64,000 nucleotides of DNA from Candidatus Blautia stercorigallinarum (GTDB taxonomy: Bacteria; Bacillota; Clostridia; Lachnospirales; Lachnospiraceae), in NCBI GenBank assembly GCA_019112785.1, contig DXIQ01000017.1, positions 5,360 through 69,359 on the forward strand, given 5' to 3'. Made by a program: the position numbers and the translations under genes. The notes under the pieces are model-generated. The model was given only the letters and a program-made list of their open reading frames with translations. It was not told the origin of the DNA and did no database searches. This document shows, in pieces, positions 1-9,664 of this stretch (the first letter of the stretch is position 1; the number at the start of each line of letters is the position of its first letter).

Positions 1-570
1 GTTGATAAAATATCTTCTTGCCTCGTCATCCCAGTCTTCTTCCACATCAGAAGCCCCGAACTTTCCGAATCCGTCCGCAGAGAACAAAATCTTCTCTGTC
101 TGCTCGTATTCTACCATAACTTCCGGCCAGTGGACCATAGGAGCCATAAAGAACTGAAGGGTATGTTTTCCAAGGCTGAGAGTGTCCCCCTCTTTTACTA
201 CAACGCTTCTGGGAGCAAAATCAAGAGTAAAGAACTGAGGAAGCATAGAAAATACTTTTGCATTGGAAACCACCTGCATATCAGGATATTTCTCTGCCAG
301 AACCTGGATATTGGAAGCATGGTCCGGTTCCAGATGAGATACCACCAGATAATCCGGTTTTCTTCCGTCTAATACCTTTTCCAGGTTGTCCAGCCACTGC
401 TGGGTCCTTCTTTTGTCAACCGTATCCATAACAGCAATCTTCTCGTCCAGGATCACATAAGAATTATAGGTAACCCCATTGGGCACTTTGTACTGGCTCT
501 CAAACAGGTCAATATCTTTATCATCTACACCAACGTACACCACTGAATCTGAAATTTTCATGTCATACAT
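1..570 (-). CDS. FprA-family A-type flavoprotein (flavo-diiron protein), N-terminal part only; the C-terminus lies left of the window
   Basis: Absent from the ORF track because it is open at the window edge. Minus-strand translation from ATG 570-568 gives MYDMKISDSVVYVGVDDKDIDLFESQYKVPNGVTYNSYVILDEK...DYLVVSHLEPDHASNIQV. That is the metallo-beta-lactamase-like diiron domain with the H-x-E-x-D-H motif. AAGGAGG lies about 10 nt upstream of the ATG. Confidence 0.75.
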   Translation of the reverse strand, partial: MYDMKISDSVVYVGVDDKDIDLFESQYKVPNGVTYNSYVILDEKIAVMDTVDKRRTQQWLDNLEKVLDGRKPDYLVVSHLEPDHASNIQVLAEKYPDMQVVSNAKVFSMLPQFFTLDFAPRSVVVKEGDTLSLGKHTLQFFMAPMVHWPEVMVEYEQTEKILFSADGFGKFGASDVEEDWDDEARRYFIN

Positions 571-681
571 AAATCTATTTCCTCCTTGCAGCTGTGAAAT
601 CAATATTCCGCCTATATTATATATGGGTTGACAGAAATTTTCCACTGGTTTTTTAGGAAATTTCTTTTTAAAAGGAAAATC

Positions 682-710
682 TTGACGAAATTAGACCGGA
701 AGCATACAAT
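682..710 (+). promoter_or_regulatory. putative sigma-A-type promoter of the M42 peptidase gene
   Basis: TTGACG (682-687), 17-nt spacer, TACAAT (705-710); 25 nt upstream of ATG 736. Confidence 0.4.
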
Positions 711-735
711 GAATGCTGAAACAGGAGGTATCAAA

Positions 736-1767
736 ATGGAAGAAATCACAAAATACATCTTAGAACAGCTGCAAAATCTTCTGGCCATTGACAGTCCCAC
801 AGGTTACACAAAAAATGTGGCGGACTATCTTATGGCAGAATATAAAAAATTAGGATATACCCCTAAAAGGACTGTAAAAGGAGGCGTACTTACAGATCTT
901 GGCGGAGAAAACCCGGACAACGCCGTATTTCTGGAAGCCCATGTAGATACTCTGGGTGCTATGGTATCCCAGATCAAATCCAACGGCCGTCTGGCAGTTT
1001 CTCCCCTGGGAGGCATGAACGCCAATAACGCTGAAGCAGAAAACTGCCGGATCATCACCCGGTTTAATGGCACCTACGAAGGCACCTGTCAGCTTACAGA
1101 CGCCTCTGTCCATGTAAACGGCAAATATAATGAGACATCCAGAAGTTTTGATGTAATGGAGATCCTTCTGGACGAAAAAGTATCCACCAGAGAAGATGTA
1201 CTGGCTCTTGGTATTATGGAAGGAGATATTGTAGCCTTTGATCCCAGGACCCGGATCACCAAAAGCGGCTATATCAAAAGCCGTTTCCTGGATGATAAAT
1301 TAAGCGCAGCTATTCTTCTGGGCTACGCCAGATATCTGAAAGAAAATCACATTACTCCCGAGAGAAAGATCTATCAGCATCTTACTGTTTATGAGGAAGT
1401 GGGACACGGCGGAGCCGCTTCCATTCCTCAGGGCGTCACTGAGATCCTGGCAGTAGATATGGGATGTGTGGGAGAAGGCTTAAACTGTAAAGAACACCAG
1501 GTATCTATCTGCGCCAAAGACAGCGGCGGTCCTTACAGCTATGATCTGGTCTCTCAGCTGATTGCTGTGGCAAAAAGGGATGGCCTTGACTTTGCCGTAG
1601 ATGTATATCCTTATTATGGCTCCGATGCAGAAGCAGGACTGAAGGCAGGCTACGATGTCCGTCACGGCCTGATCGGATCAGGGGTTTATGCCTCTCATGG
1701 ATATGAAAGAAGCCATATAGAGGGAGTGAAGAATACCTTTCTTTTGTTGAAAGGATATTTAGGATAG
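736..1767 (+). CDS. M42 family metallopeptidase (FrvX / glutamyl-aminopeptidase-like)
   Basis: Track ORF 628..1767, trimmed to the in-frame ATG 736 (MEEITKY...) that follows AGGAGG at 723-728. Family-typical segments FLEAHVDTLGAMV and VYEEVGHGGA. Confidence 0.8.
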   Translation: MEEITKYILEQLQNLLAIDSPTGYTKNVADYLMAEYKKLGYTPKRTVKGGVLTDLGGENPDNAVFLEAHVDTLGAMVSQIKSNGRLAVSPLGGMNANNAEAENCRIITRFNGTYEGTCQLTDASVHVNGKYNETSRSFDVMEILLDEKVSTREDVLALGIMEGDIVAFDPRTRITKSGYIKSRFLDDKLSAAILLGYARYLKENHITPERKIYQHLTVYEEVGHGGAASIPQGVTEILAVDMGCVGEGLNCKEHQVSICAKDSGGPYSYDLVSQLIAVAKRDGLDFAVDVYPYYGSDAEAGLKAGYDVRHGLIGSGVYASHGYERSHIEGVKNTFLLLKGYLG

Positions 1768-1895
1768 ATTTAATTTAAATTTTATTAAGAGATTTTCTAA
1801 TTATTTTATAAAAGGGACATATTTTACTCACATTTTCTTTCTATAATAAATCTTGGATAGTTGATAAACCACTCACTATCTCCCCCCTCAAGTTG

Positions 1896-1929
1896 AAAAA
1901 GCCCGGTACCTTGTGTATCGGGTTTTTTT
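1896..1929 (+). terminator. intrinsic terminator after the M42 peptidase gene
   Basis: Stem cccggtac (1902-1909) / gtatcggg (1915-1922) with one G-U pair and a 5-nt loop, then seven T. An A-run lies upstream. Confidence 0.65.
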
Positions 1930-1932
1930 CTG

Positions 1933-1961
1933 TTGCTTTTCTCATCTTCAGCAGATATAAT
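1933..1961 (+). promoter_or_regulatory. putative sigma-A-type promoter of the carbamate-kinase-like gene
   Basis: TTGCTT (1933-1938), 17-nt spacer, consensus TATAAT (1956-1961). Confidence 0.5.
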
Positions 1962-1970
1962 GTTCTTATC

Positions 1971-2002
1971 TTCTTCTTATGAACGGAACGTTATAAGAAG
2001 AA
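1971..2002. promoter_or_regulatory. 32-nt inverted repeat (operator or 5' leader hairpin) just downstream of the promoter
   Basis: ttcttcttat (1971-1980) is the exact reverse complement of ataagaagaa (1993-2002). An inner aacg/cgtt pair extends the stem around a gaa loop. Confidence 0.4.
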
Positions 2003-2057
2003 ATTGGGTGCAAATATAAGGGATCAGGTGGATCCCGGAAGAAAGAGGTATAATACT

Positions 2058-2990
2058 ATGACAAGAAAAAAAGTCGTTGTGGCCTTAGGCCATAGAGCAC
2101 TGGGCACTACTCTGCCGGAGCAGAAGACCGCAGTAAAGGCTTCCGCAAAAGTTCTGGCAGATCTGGTAGAGGCCGGAGCAGATATCATCATTACACACAG
2201 CAATGCTCCTCAGGTAGGTATGATCCACACAGCCATGAATGAATTCGGAAAAGTACATCCGGATTATACAGCCGTTCCTATGTCTGTATGTTCTGCCATG
2301 AGCCAGGGTTATATCGGTTACGATATCCAGAATACTCTTCGTGCAGAACTTCTTCGCAGAGGTATCTACAAACCGGTAAGCACTATCCTTACCCAGGTCA
2401 CTGTAGACCCTTATGATGACGCTTTCCACGAACCTGTGAAGATCATCGGAAGGACCCTGACCGAAGAAGAAGCAGAAGCCGAAGAACACAAGGGAAATTA
2501 TGTGGTTAAGACTGAAGATGGCTATCGCAGGATCGTCGCTGCTCCCCAGCCGGAAAAGATCGTAGAGATCGACGCTATCAAAGCTCTGTCTGACGCAGGA
2601 CAGATCGTGATCGCCTGCGGCGGCGGCGGAATCCCGGTTCTGGAAAGAAATGAAGAACTCATCGGCGCCAGCGCTGTTATTGAAAAGGATCTTACCAGCG
2701 GAAAGCTGGCCCAGGCATTAGACGCCGACGAACTGCTGATCCTCACCAGTGTGGAAAAAGTTTCCGTAAACTACGGTTCTGACTCTGAAGAGTATCTCTC
2801 TTCTATTACTGCCCAGGAAGCAAAGACCTATATGGAGGCAGGACATTTCGGAGACAATACCATGCTCCCCAAAATCCAGGCCTCTGTAGAATTTGTAGAG
2901 GGACGTCCCGACAGACGTGCCGTGATCACCTCTATCGGCAAAGCCAAAGACGGTTATCTGGGCAAGACCGGAACTATTATCACAGCATAA
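2058..2990 (+). CDS. carbamate kinase-like protein (amino acid kinase superfamily) with divergent phosphate-loop motifs
   Basis: Track ORF 2004..2990, trimmed to ATG 2058 (MTRKKVVVALG...) after GAAAGAGG. Collinear by eye with carbamate kinases: CGGGGIPV, AVIEKDLTS, DADELLILT, MLPKIQA. It carries ALGHRA and THSNAPQVG where characterised enzymes have ALGGNA and SHGNGPQVG. Confidence 0.8.
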   Translation: MTRKKVVVALGHRALGTTLPEQKTAVKASAKVLADLVEAGADIIITHSNAPQVGMIHTAMNEFGKVHPDYTAVPMSVCSAMSQGYIGYDIQNTLRAELLRRGIYKPVSTILTQVTVDPYDDAFHEPVKIIGRTLTEEEAEAEEHKGNYVVKTEDGYRRIVAAPQPEKIVEIDAIKALSDAGQIVIACGGGGIPVLERNEELIGASAVIEKDLTSGKLAQALDADELLILTSVEKVSVNYGSDSEEYLSSITAQEAKTYMEAGHFGDNTMLPKIQASVEFVEGRPDRRAVITSIGKAKDGYLGKTGTIITA

Positions 2991-3044
2991 ATCGAAAACA
3001 GCAGACAATAGAGATTTTCCTTTGCAGGACCGCCTATTGTCATG

Positions 3045-3096
3045 AAAAAAGCAGGAAAATGGAGCTGATAAGGTTCTCCTTTTCCTGCTTCTTTTA
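3045..3096. terminator. bidirectional intrinsic terminator between the convergent carbamate-kinase-like and thrE-like genes
   Basis: gcaggaaaatggag (3051-3064) pairs with ctccttttcctgc (3076-3088), with one bulged base. An A-run precedes it and a T-rich run follows. Confidence 0.7.
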
Positions 3097-3142
3097 TTCC
3101 CCCGGGCAACGAGCCAAACGGACATGCTGGCATGTCCATCTG
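3096..3142 (+). repeat. copy 1 of a 47-nt intergenic repeat containing a GGACATG/CATGTCC hairpin
   Basis: ATTCCCCCGGGCAACGAGCCAAACGGACATGCTGGCATGTCCATCTG. My hand alignment to 17837-17883 gives 40 of 47 identical positions, same orientation. Confidence 0.5.
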
Positions 3143-3152
3143 TCTTTCCTTT

Positions 3153-3605
3153 TCAGGCCTTTTTCTGAAAAGCACGGTTAATCGTCTTCTGAGGAATCTC
3201 AAAAACAAAAATAATCCCCAGTACAATAGCAATGGCAATTCCCAGAGTCTCTCTCCCATAGTAAAGGCTTAGATCATTATTTTCCAGCAGTGTATAGTAG
3301 ATAGTCCTGTAGATTCCGATCCCCGGCACTTCCGGAAAAATCCCCGCAATAAGAAACAGGGTTACCGGACATTTTCTTACCGTGCTTCCGATCCTGGAAG
3401 CCAGAGTGATAAACACGGTAGCCGCAAAATTTCCTATAATGGCTCCTGTACCCAAGCCGTTTATGAATATCCAGCAGATCAGCCAGCCTGTCCCTCCGAT
3501 AAATCCGCAGAGGGGATAATGCTCTCTGGGTACAGAAAACAATACGGAAAAGGCTACGGTTCCCACCGCTGCTGCCAGAAACTGTAAGATTCCTTCCAGG
3601 ATCAT
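3153..3605 (-). CDS. threonine/serine exporter family protein, small subunit (ThrE_2 / YjjB-like)
   Basis: 150-aa polytopic membrane ORF. It overlaps the upstream ThrE-like gene by 4 nt, the typical two-gene arrangement. Confidence 0.75.
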   Translation of the reverse strand: MILEGILQFLAAAVGTVAFSVLFSVPREHYPLCGFIGGTGWLICWIFINGLGTGAIIGNFAATVFITLASRIGSTVRKCPVTLFLIAGIFPEVPGIGIYRTIYYTLLENNDLSLYYGRETLGIAIAIVLGIIFVFEIPQKTINRAFQKKA

Positions 3606-4387
3606 AAAAGTATCCCTCCTGTCAGATTATAGTAAAGAAAATACATGATCCCCACGCCCATGGCGATCCCCAGGGCGACCATGAGCGCGTCCAGGAACCG
3701 GACCCCGCCTCCGATATAATCTCCGTCAGCAAAATCCCGGACCGCATTTACCAGAGAAACCCCCGGGACCAGGGGCATCACAGAACCTACCAGAATACTT
3801 CCCGGCGCGTTTCCAAGCCCCAGCCGGTAAAAAAAGACGGCAAAAAAAGATACGCAAAACCCTCCGGCCAGATTGGTAACGATCTTGGAGGTCCGCTTTT
3901 CTCTTTTCCCGAATCCCAGGATCAGGGCATAAAGAAGAAAGCCGGAAAGGAAAGCCGCCGCCATGTCCTCCAGATTGCCTCCCAGAAGATAGCAGAAACA
4001 GCCGGAACCCACTCCGGAGGCAAACATCTGCACGATCCCTCTTTTCCCCGGCATATGCTTAATGATCTCCAGTTTTTCTTCTGCTTCCTTCACCGTATAC
4101 TTTCCCTCCACGATCTCTCTGGAAAGCTGATTTACTGCCGCGATACGATGAAGCTTTGCTCCGCTTATAGGTATGTGCTTTACACTGGCGTATATCTGTC
4201 CTTCCTGATTTTCCGCAGTGATAAAAATCCCTGTGCTCAGCACAAAGGTGCTGCATTTCTCGATTCCAAAAGCTTTCGCTATCCTCTGTATGGTCTCCTC
4301 CACCCGGAAGATCTCCGCTCCTGCATCCAGAAGGATCCTCCCGGCCTCCATAGCCAGATCCAGCACCTCTTTATCATAATTTTCCAT
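3602..4387 (-). CDS. threonine/serine exporter family protein, large subunit (ThrE / YjjP-like)
   Basis: 261 aa. Soluble N-terminal part (EAGRILLDAGAEIFRVEETIQRIAKAFG) followed by TM helices, as in the ThrE family. Confidence 0.8.
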   Translation of the reverse strand: MENYDKEVLDLAMEAGRILLDAGAEIFRVEETIQRIAKAFGIEKCSTFVLSTGIFITAENQEGQIYASVKHIPISGAKLHRIAAVNQLSREIVEGKYTVKEAEEKLEIIKHMPGKRGIVQMFASGVGSGCFCYLLGGNLEDMAAAFLSGFLLYALILGFGKREKRTSKIVTNLAGGFCVSFFAVFFYRLGLGNAPGSILVGSVMPLVPGVSLVNAVRDFADGDYIGGGVRFLDALMVALGIAMGVGIMYFLYYNLTGGILL

Positions 4388-4445
4388 TTTCTTCTCCTCC
4401 TGTCCTGCAGACCCTGCTTTCAGATCCTTTTCCTGATTCTTGAAA

Positions 4446-4497
4446 GAGAAAAACGGAACCGTTTCAGCGGACCAAAAGGCCCTGTGAAACAGTTCCG
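4446..4497 (-). terminator. intrinsic terminator after uppP
   Basis: cggaaccgtttca (4454-4466) pairs with tgaaacagttccg (4485-4497), 13 bp with 1 mismatch. On the minus strand it is followed by TTTTT. Confidence 0.6.
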
Positions 4498-4507
4498 CAA
4501 TTTCCGC

Positions 4508-5383
4508 CTATCTGAAAATTGTAAAAAACAGGATGACAATAATGCCTAAGACGATCCTGTACCAGCCAAACACCTTAAAGTTGTGTTTCTTAATATATCC
4601 CATAAGGAATTTTATAGCAAGGATAGAGACCACGAAGGAAACCACCATGCCGGTGACCAGGATCACCACTTCCCAGGAGGTAAAGTTCAGTCCAAACTTT
4701 ACGATCTTTAAAAGACTGGCTCCGAACATTACCGGGATAGCCAGGAAAAAGGTATACTCTGCCGCCACTGTCCTGGAAGCTCCCACCAGGATACCGCCGA
4801 TAATGGTGGATCCGGAACGGGAAGTTCCCGGGATCAAGGACAGTACCTGAAAGATCCCGATAAATAAAGCCGTCTTCCAGGTGATCTCTTTAATAGAGTT
4901 ATATCTGGCCTGGCGTTTCTCATTGTAGTCCTCCACAATGAGAAACATCACGCCATAAACGATCAGCATCACTGATACTACAAACCAGTTGTTGAACTTT
5001 TCTTCAATAAAATCATTGAAGGGCAGTCCGATGATAATTGCAGGCATGCAGGATACCAGGATCTTAAACCACATGATCATCTTATCGATCTTCACAAAAC
5101 GGCACAATACTCCTGCCGCCTTCTCGATGCTGGTCACATTTTCATGTTTCGGCTTCTTATTCTGAAAGGGCCACAGATCCTTCCAGTAAAGGACCACCAC
5201 AGCCATAATGGCCCCTAACTGGATGACCACCATAAACATATCCCAGAATTCCTGGGATACATCCAGTTTCACGAACTCTTCCACCAGGATCAGATGACCG
5301 GTACTGCTGATGGGAAGCCATTCGGTGATCCCCTCTACAATACCCAGGAAGATTACTTTTAAAATCTCAATAAAGCTCTCCAT
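4508..5383 (-). CDS. uppP: undecaprenyl-diphosphate phosphatase
   Basis: 291-aa polytopic protein with [14 protein letters not shown] and SRSGSTI motifs of the BacA/UppP family. It starts 10 nt after the carB stop. Confidence 0.9.
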   Translation of the reverse strand: MESFIEILKVIFLGIVEGITEWLPISSTGHLILVEEFVKLDVSQEFWDMFMVVIQLGAIMAVVVLYWKDLWPFQNKKPKHENVTSIEKAAGVLCRFVKIDKMIMWFKILVSCMPAIIIGLPFNDFIEEKFNNWFVVSVMLIVYGVMFLIVEDYNEKRQARYNSIKEITWKTALFIGIFQVLSLIPGTSRSGSTIIGGILVGASRTVAAEYTFFLAIPVMFGASLLKIVKFGLNFTSWEVVILVTGMVVSFVVSILAIKFLMGYIKKHNFKVFGWYRIVLGIIVILFFTIFR

Positions 5384-5393
5384 GATCCACCTC

Positions 5394-8300
5394 TCAGATT
5401 TCGGCGATATTCACCAGTTTCAGTTTCTGGATATCTGTATTTTCCAGACTGGTTACCAGAGCCTCTGCTGTATCCAGAGCGGTAAGGACATTTACGCCAG
5501 TCTCAATGGCATTTCTACGGATGATAAATCCGTCTTTAGACTTCTCTACACCCTGAGAAGGTGTATCGATGACCAGATCGATCTTATGTCCCAGGATCAG
5601 GTCCATCAGGTTTGGAGAAGGCTGCTCGATCTTATTTGTACGAATGGCCTTTACGCCGTTTTCATTAAGGACCTTCGCCGTACTTCTGGTAGCATAGATC
5701 TTATATCCCAGATTCTGGAATCTCCGGGCGATAGGGATGATATCCTGTTTATCCTCATCTCTTACTGTAATGATCATATTTTTATACTTAGGAAGGTTCA
5801 CACCTGCACCCAGGAAGGCCTTATACAGAGCTTCATTAAAGCTCTCGGAAATTCCCAGACACTCTCCTGTAGACTTCATCTCCGGTCCCAGACTTACGTC
5901 CGCTCCCCGGATCTTCTCAAAGGAGAATACAGGCATCTTGATGGCATAGTGCTTTGCTTCCGGCTGCAGTCCAGGTGTATAACCCAGATCTTTCAGCTTA
6001 TGTCCCAGGATCACCTGAGTGGCAAGAGGAACAATAGGGATTCCTGTTACCTTGCTGATATATGGTACTGTACGGCTGGATCTTGGATTTACCTCGATCA
6101 CATAAACCTCTTCCCCGCATACGATAAACTGGATATTGATCATACCAAGTACATGGAGAGATTTTGCCAGCTTTCTGGTATAGTCTTCGATGGTCTTTTT
6201 TGCGCTGTCGCTGATAGTCCGGGCAGGATATACGGAAATACTGTCTCCGGAGTGGATACCGGCTCTCTCAATATGCTCCATGATCCCGGGGATCAGGATA
6301 TCTTCGCCGTCGCATACAGCGTCAACCTCGATCTCTTTTCCCTGAAGATATTTATCTACCAGGATAGGATGTTCCTGAGCGATCCGATTGATAATGCCGA
6401 TATACTGTTCCACATCCTCATCATTGATAGCGATCTGCATTCCCTGTCCGCCAAGGACATAAGAAGGACGTACCAGAACCGGATAGCCAAGTTCATTGGC
6501 GGCCCGGACAGCTTCTTCTGCAGTATATACTGTATGTCCCTTTGGTCTTGGAATATGACACTGTTCCAGGATTTCGTCAAAAAGTTCTCTGTCTTCTGCA
6601 GCATCTACATTTTCCGCAGAGGTTCCCAGGATCTTCACGCCCATCTTAATAAGCGCCTGTGTCAGCTTAATAGCTGTCTGACCGCCGAACTGTACTACAG
6701 CTCCGTCAGGCTTCTCTATATCCACTACGTTTTCCACATCTTCCGGTGTAAGAGGCTCGAAATACAGCTTATCTGCAATATCAAAGTCTGTACTTACGGT
6801 TTCCGGATTGTTGTTGATGATAATGGTCTCGTAGCCTTCCTTTTCAAAGGCCCAGGTACAGTGTACGGAACAGAAGTCAAACTCGATTCCCTGTCCGATA
6901 CGGATAGGGCCGGATCCCAGGATCAGGACTTTCTTCTTATCCGTAGTTCCGTCTGCCTCGTTTTCTCCTCCGTATACAGAATAGTAATAAGGAGTAGTTG
7001 CGGCAAATTCTGCAGCGCAGGTATCTACCATCTTATAGGAAGCCGTGATCCCCCACTCTTTTCTCAGATCATGGATCTCATCTGTAGTCTTCCCTGTCAG
7101 CTGTCCGATCACATTATCCGGGAATTCAATCCTCTTGGCCTCTCTCAGCAGTTCCTCTGTCAGCTCCTGTTCTTTCAGAGCCTTCTCCATTTCTACCAGG
7201 ATAGCGATCTTATCAATAAACCAGATATCAATTTTGGTAATATCATGGATAGTCTCATAAGGAATATTTCTTCTTACCGCTTCTGCGATACGCCAGATAC
7301 GCATATCATCTACGATATGAAGCTGTTCTATCAGTTCTTCTTCTGTCAGCTTTCTAAAGTCATAGGACATGAGAGAATCCACATGCTGCTCCAGAGAACG
7401 GATAGCCTTCATCAGCGCTCCCTCAAAGTTATTGCAGATACTCATGACCTCTCCTGTAGCCTTCATCTGAGTAGTCAGAGTCCTCTTGGCGCTGATAAAT
7501 TTGTCAAAGGGCAGTCTTGGGATCTTTACTACGCAGTAATCCAGCATAGGCTCGAAGCTGGCATAAGTCTTACCGGTAATAGCATTTTTGATCTCATCCA
7601 GCGTATATCCCAGGGCGATCTTTGCAGCCACCTTAGCGATAGGATATCCTGTAGCCTTGGAAGCCAGGGCAGAAGAACGGGATACACGGGGATTTACCTC
7701 GATAACACAGTATTCAAAGCTGTCCGGGTTCAGGGCATACTGCACGTTACAGCCTCCGGTGATCCCCAGCTCTGTGATAATGTTCAGAGCAGAAGTTCTC
7801 AGCATCTGATATTCCTTGTCTCCCAGAGTCTGGGAAGGAGCCACTACGATACTGTCTCCTGTATGAACGCCTACCGGGTCAATATTTTCCATGTTGCAGA
7901 CAGTGATACAGTTTCCTGCGCTGTCCCGCATCACTTCATACTCGATCTCTTTCCAGCCGGCAATACAGCGCTCTACAAGAACCTCTCCCACACGGGAAAG
8001 ACGGAGACCGTTTTCCAGGATCTCGATAAGCTCTTCTTCATTATTGGCAATACCGCCGCCGCTTCCCCCCAGGGTATAGGCAGGACGCAGTACCACCGGA
8101 TAGCCGATCTTATTACTGAAGGCAATACCGTCTTCCACATTGCGCACCACCAGAGACGCAGCGATAGGCTCGCCGATCTTTTCCATGGTATCCTTAAATT
8201 CCTGGCGATCCTCGGCTTTCTTGATCGTCTCAGAGGTGGTTCCGATCAGACGCACATTGTGCTCCTTTAAGAATCCTCTCTCTTCCAGTTCCATGGCCAG

Positions 8301-8591
8301 GTTCAAGCCCGCCTGTCCTCCCAGAGTAGGAAGAACGCTGTCTGGTTTTTCCTTCAGGATCAGCTGCTCTACTACTTCTACTGTAAGGGGCTCTATATAA
8401 ACTTTATCAGCAATATCTTTATCCGTCATAATGGTGGCAGGGTTGGAGTTCAGCAGGACAACCTCGATTCCCTCTTCCTTCAGAGAACGGCATGCCTGGG
8501 TTCCCGCATAGTCAAACTCTGCTGCCTGTCCGATCACGATAGGGCCGGAACCGATCATCAATACTTTTTTAATATCCGGATTTCTTGGCAT
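5394..8591 (-). CDS. carB: carbamoyl-phosphate synthase large subunit
   Basis: 1065 aa with two ATP-grasp halves ([33 protein letters not shown]... and ...[22 protein letters not shown]) and a C-terminal MGS-like domain. TAATG overlap with carA. Confidence 0.97.
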   Translation of the reverse strand: MPRNPDIKKVLMIGSGPIVIGQAAEFDYAGTQACRSLKEEGIEVVLLNSNPATIMTDKDIADKVYIEPLTVEVVEQLILKEKPDSVLPTLGGQAGLNLAMELEERGFLKEHNVRLIGTTSETIKKAEDRQEFKDTMEKIGEPIAASLVVRNVEDGIAFSNKIGYPVVLRPAYTLGGSGGGIANNEEELIEILENGLRLSRVGEVLVERCIAGWKEIEYEVMRDSAGNCITVCNMENIDPVGVHTGDSIVVAPSQTLGDKEYQMLRTSALNIITELGITGGCNVQYALNPDSFEYCVIEVNPRVSRSSALASKATGYPIAKVAAKIALGYTLDEIKNAITGKTYASFEPMLDYCVVKIPRLPFDKFISAKRTLTTQMKATGEVMSICNNFEGALMKAIRSLEQHVDSLMSYDFRKLTEEELIEQLHIVDDMRIWRIAEAVRRNIPYETIHDITKIDIWFIDKIAILVEMEKALKEQELTEELLREAKRIEFPDNVIGQLTGKTTDEIHDLRKEWGITASYKMVDTCAAEFAATTPYYYSVYGGENEADGTTDKKKVLILGSGPIRIGQGIEFDFCSVHCTWAFEKEGYETIIINNNPETVSTDFDIADKLYFEPLTPEDVENVVDIEKPDGAVVQFGGQTAIKLTQALIKMGVKILGTSAENVDAAEDRELFDEILEQCHIPRPKGHTVYTAEEAVRAANELGYPVLVRPSYVLGGQGMQIAINDEDVEQYIGIINRIAQEHPILVDKYLQGKEIEVDAVCDGEDILIPGIMEHIERAGIHSGDSISVYPARTISDSAKKTIEDYTRKLAKSLHVLGMINIQFIVCGEEVYVIEVNPRSSRTVPYISKVTGIPIVPLATQVILGHKLKDLGYTPGLQPEAKHYAIKMPVFSFEKIRGADVSLGPEMKSTGECLGISESFNEALYKAFLGAGVNLPKYKNMIITVRDEDKQDIIPIARRFQNLGYKIYATRSTAKVLNENGVKAIRTNKIEQPSPNLMDLILGHKIDLVIDTPSQGVEKSKDGFIIRRNAIETGVNVLTALDTAEALVTSLENTDIQKLKLVNIAEI

Positions 8592-9664
8592 TACTCTGTC
8601 ACCTCCATCATTTTAATGAAACGGTCAAATAAGTAGCCGGAGTCCTGAGGTCCCGGGCAGGCTTCCGGATGGAACTGCACGGTAAAAATATTTTTTCCTA
8701 CATATCTCAGTCCCTCGTTGGTCTTGTCATTTACATTTTCAAAAGCCGGAACTGCGATCTTGGAATCCAGGGTCTCTGTGTCTACCACATATCCATGGTT
8801 CTGAGAAGAAATATAAACTCTTCCTGTCTCCAGATCTTTTACCGGATGATTTCCCCCTCTGTGGCCGTATTTCATTTTCTTTGTGTCCGCGCCGGTAGCC
8901 AGAGCCATCAGCTGATGTCCCAGACAGATCGCGAAAATAGGCACCTGAGAGTCATATAATTTACGGATTTCCTTGATGATCTCTGTACATTCCTTGGGAT
9001 CTCCAGGTCCGTTTGAAAGCATGATACCGTCCGGCTGATCCTTCAGGATCTCCTCCGCCTTCGTAAAAGCCGGGTAGATCGTAACCTGGCAGCCTCTCTT
9101 ATTCAGAGATTCGGCGATATTCTCCTTGGCACCAAAATCCATAAGAGCCACTTTCGGACCGTTTCCTTTAAGAACGGTTTTTTCTTCACAGGTAACCTTT
9201 TCTACCACTTTTCCTGTAGTATAGGCATGAAGTCTCGGGATCACTTCCTCCAGTTTAAAATCCGGATCCGTGGTGATCATACCGTTCATGGTTCCCTTTT
9301 CCCTGAGGATCTTGGTAAGAGCCCTGGTATCGATTCCTGCGATACCTGGAATATCATATCGTTTCAAAAAATTCTGAATTGTATCTTCACAGCGGAAGTT
9401 GCTTGGAATACGGGATAATTCTCTTACAATGTATCCATCGGGCCATGGTCTCAAAGATTCCTGGTCCTCATAGCAGATACCATAATTTCCAATCAATGGA
9501 TATGTCATGCAGACTGCCTGTCCGGCATAAGAAGGGTCTGTAAGTACTTCCAGATAACCAGTCATAGAAGTGTTGAAAACAATCTCGCTGATCACTTCTC
9601 TCTTGGAGCCAATGCTGGTACCTGTAAAGACTGTCCCGTCTTCCAGTATCAAAAATGCTTTCAT
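8591..9664 (-). CDS. carA: carbamoyl-phosphate synthase small (glutaminase) subunit
   Basis: 357 aa with the class-I amidotransferase motif [11 protein letters not shown] and the FHPE segment. Confidence 0.97.
   Translation of the reverse strand: MKAFLILEDGTVFTGTSIGSKREVISEIVFNTSMTGYLEVLTDPSYAGQAVCMTYPLIGNYGICYEDQESLRPWPDGYIVRELSRIPSNFRCEDTIQNFLKRYDIPGIAGIDTRALTKILREKGTMNGMITTDPDFKLEEVIPRLHAYTTGKVVEKVTCEEKTVLKGNGPKVALMDFGAKENIAESLNKRGCQVTIYPAFTKAEEILKDQPDGIMLSNGPGDPKECTEIIKEIRKLYDSQVPIFAICLGHQLMALATGADTKKMKYGHRGGNHPVKDLETGRVYISSQNHGYVVDTETLDSKIAVPAFENVNDKTNEGLRYVGKNIFTVQFHPEACPGPQDSGYLFDRFIKMMEVTE

Noticed and set aside
593-610. Possible Rex box upstream of the FprA-like gene (CTGTGAAATCAATATTCC)
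   Set aside because: Only the TGTGAA half-site matches the TTGTGAA-N4-TTCACAA consensus. The second half-site is absent.
628-735. N-terminal extensions of several track ORFs: 628 for the M42 peptidase, 2004 for the carbamate-kinase-like gene, 20877 for the GT2, 46128 for ugd, 13898 for htrA, 41607 for the CBS gene, 54504 for gpr, 62915 for the DUF606 gene, 22792 for the dac gene, and 54669 for rpsT.
   Set aside because: In each case an internal start codon follows a good Shine-Dalgarno sequence and matches the usual family N-terminus. The extensions lack ribosome-binding sites or run through the upstream gene. Coordinates were trimmed accordingly.
3096-3142. Small peptides readable through both copies of the 47-nt repeat: minus strand MD(M/I)(P/L)ACP(F/L)GSL... 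and MS(V/A)WLVARGNK
   Set aside because: In the MD... frame all six nucleotide differences between the copies that fall in it change the amino acid. No ribosome-binding site is present, and the reading frames end differently in the two copies. Conservation is better explained at the DNA/RNA level.
5310-8270. 986-aa plus-strand ORF, the longest plus-strand ORF in the track
   Set aside because: It lies entirely antisense to carB, whose product is unmistakable. The translation is low-complexity (rich in Ser, Leu, Cys, His, Ile) with no recognisable motif and no ribosome-binding site. It is a shadow ORF.
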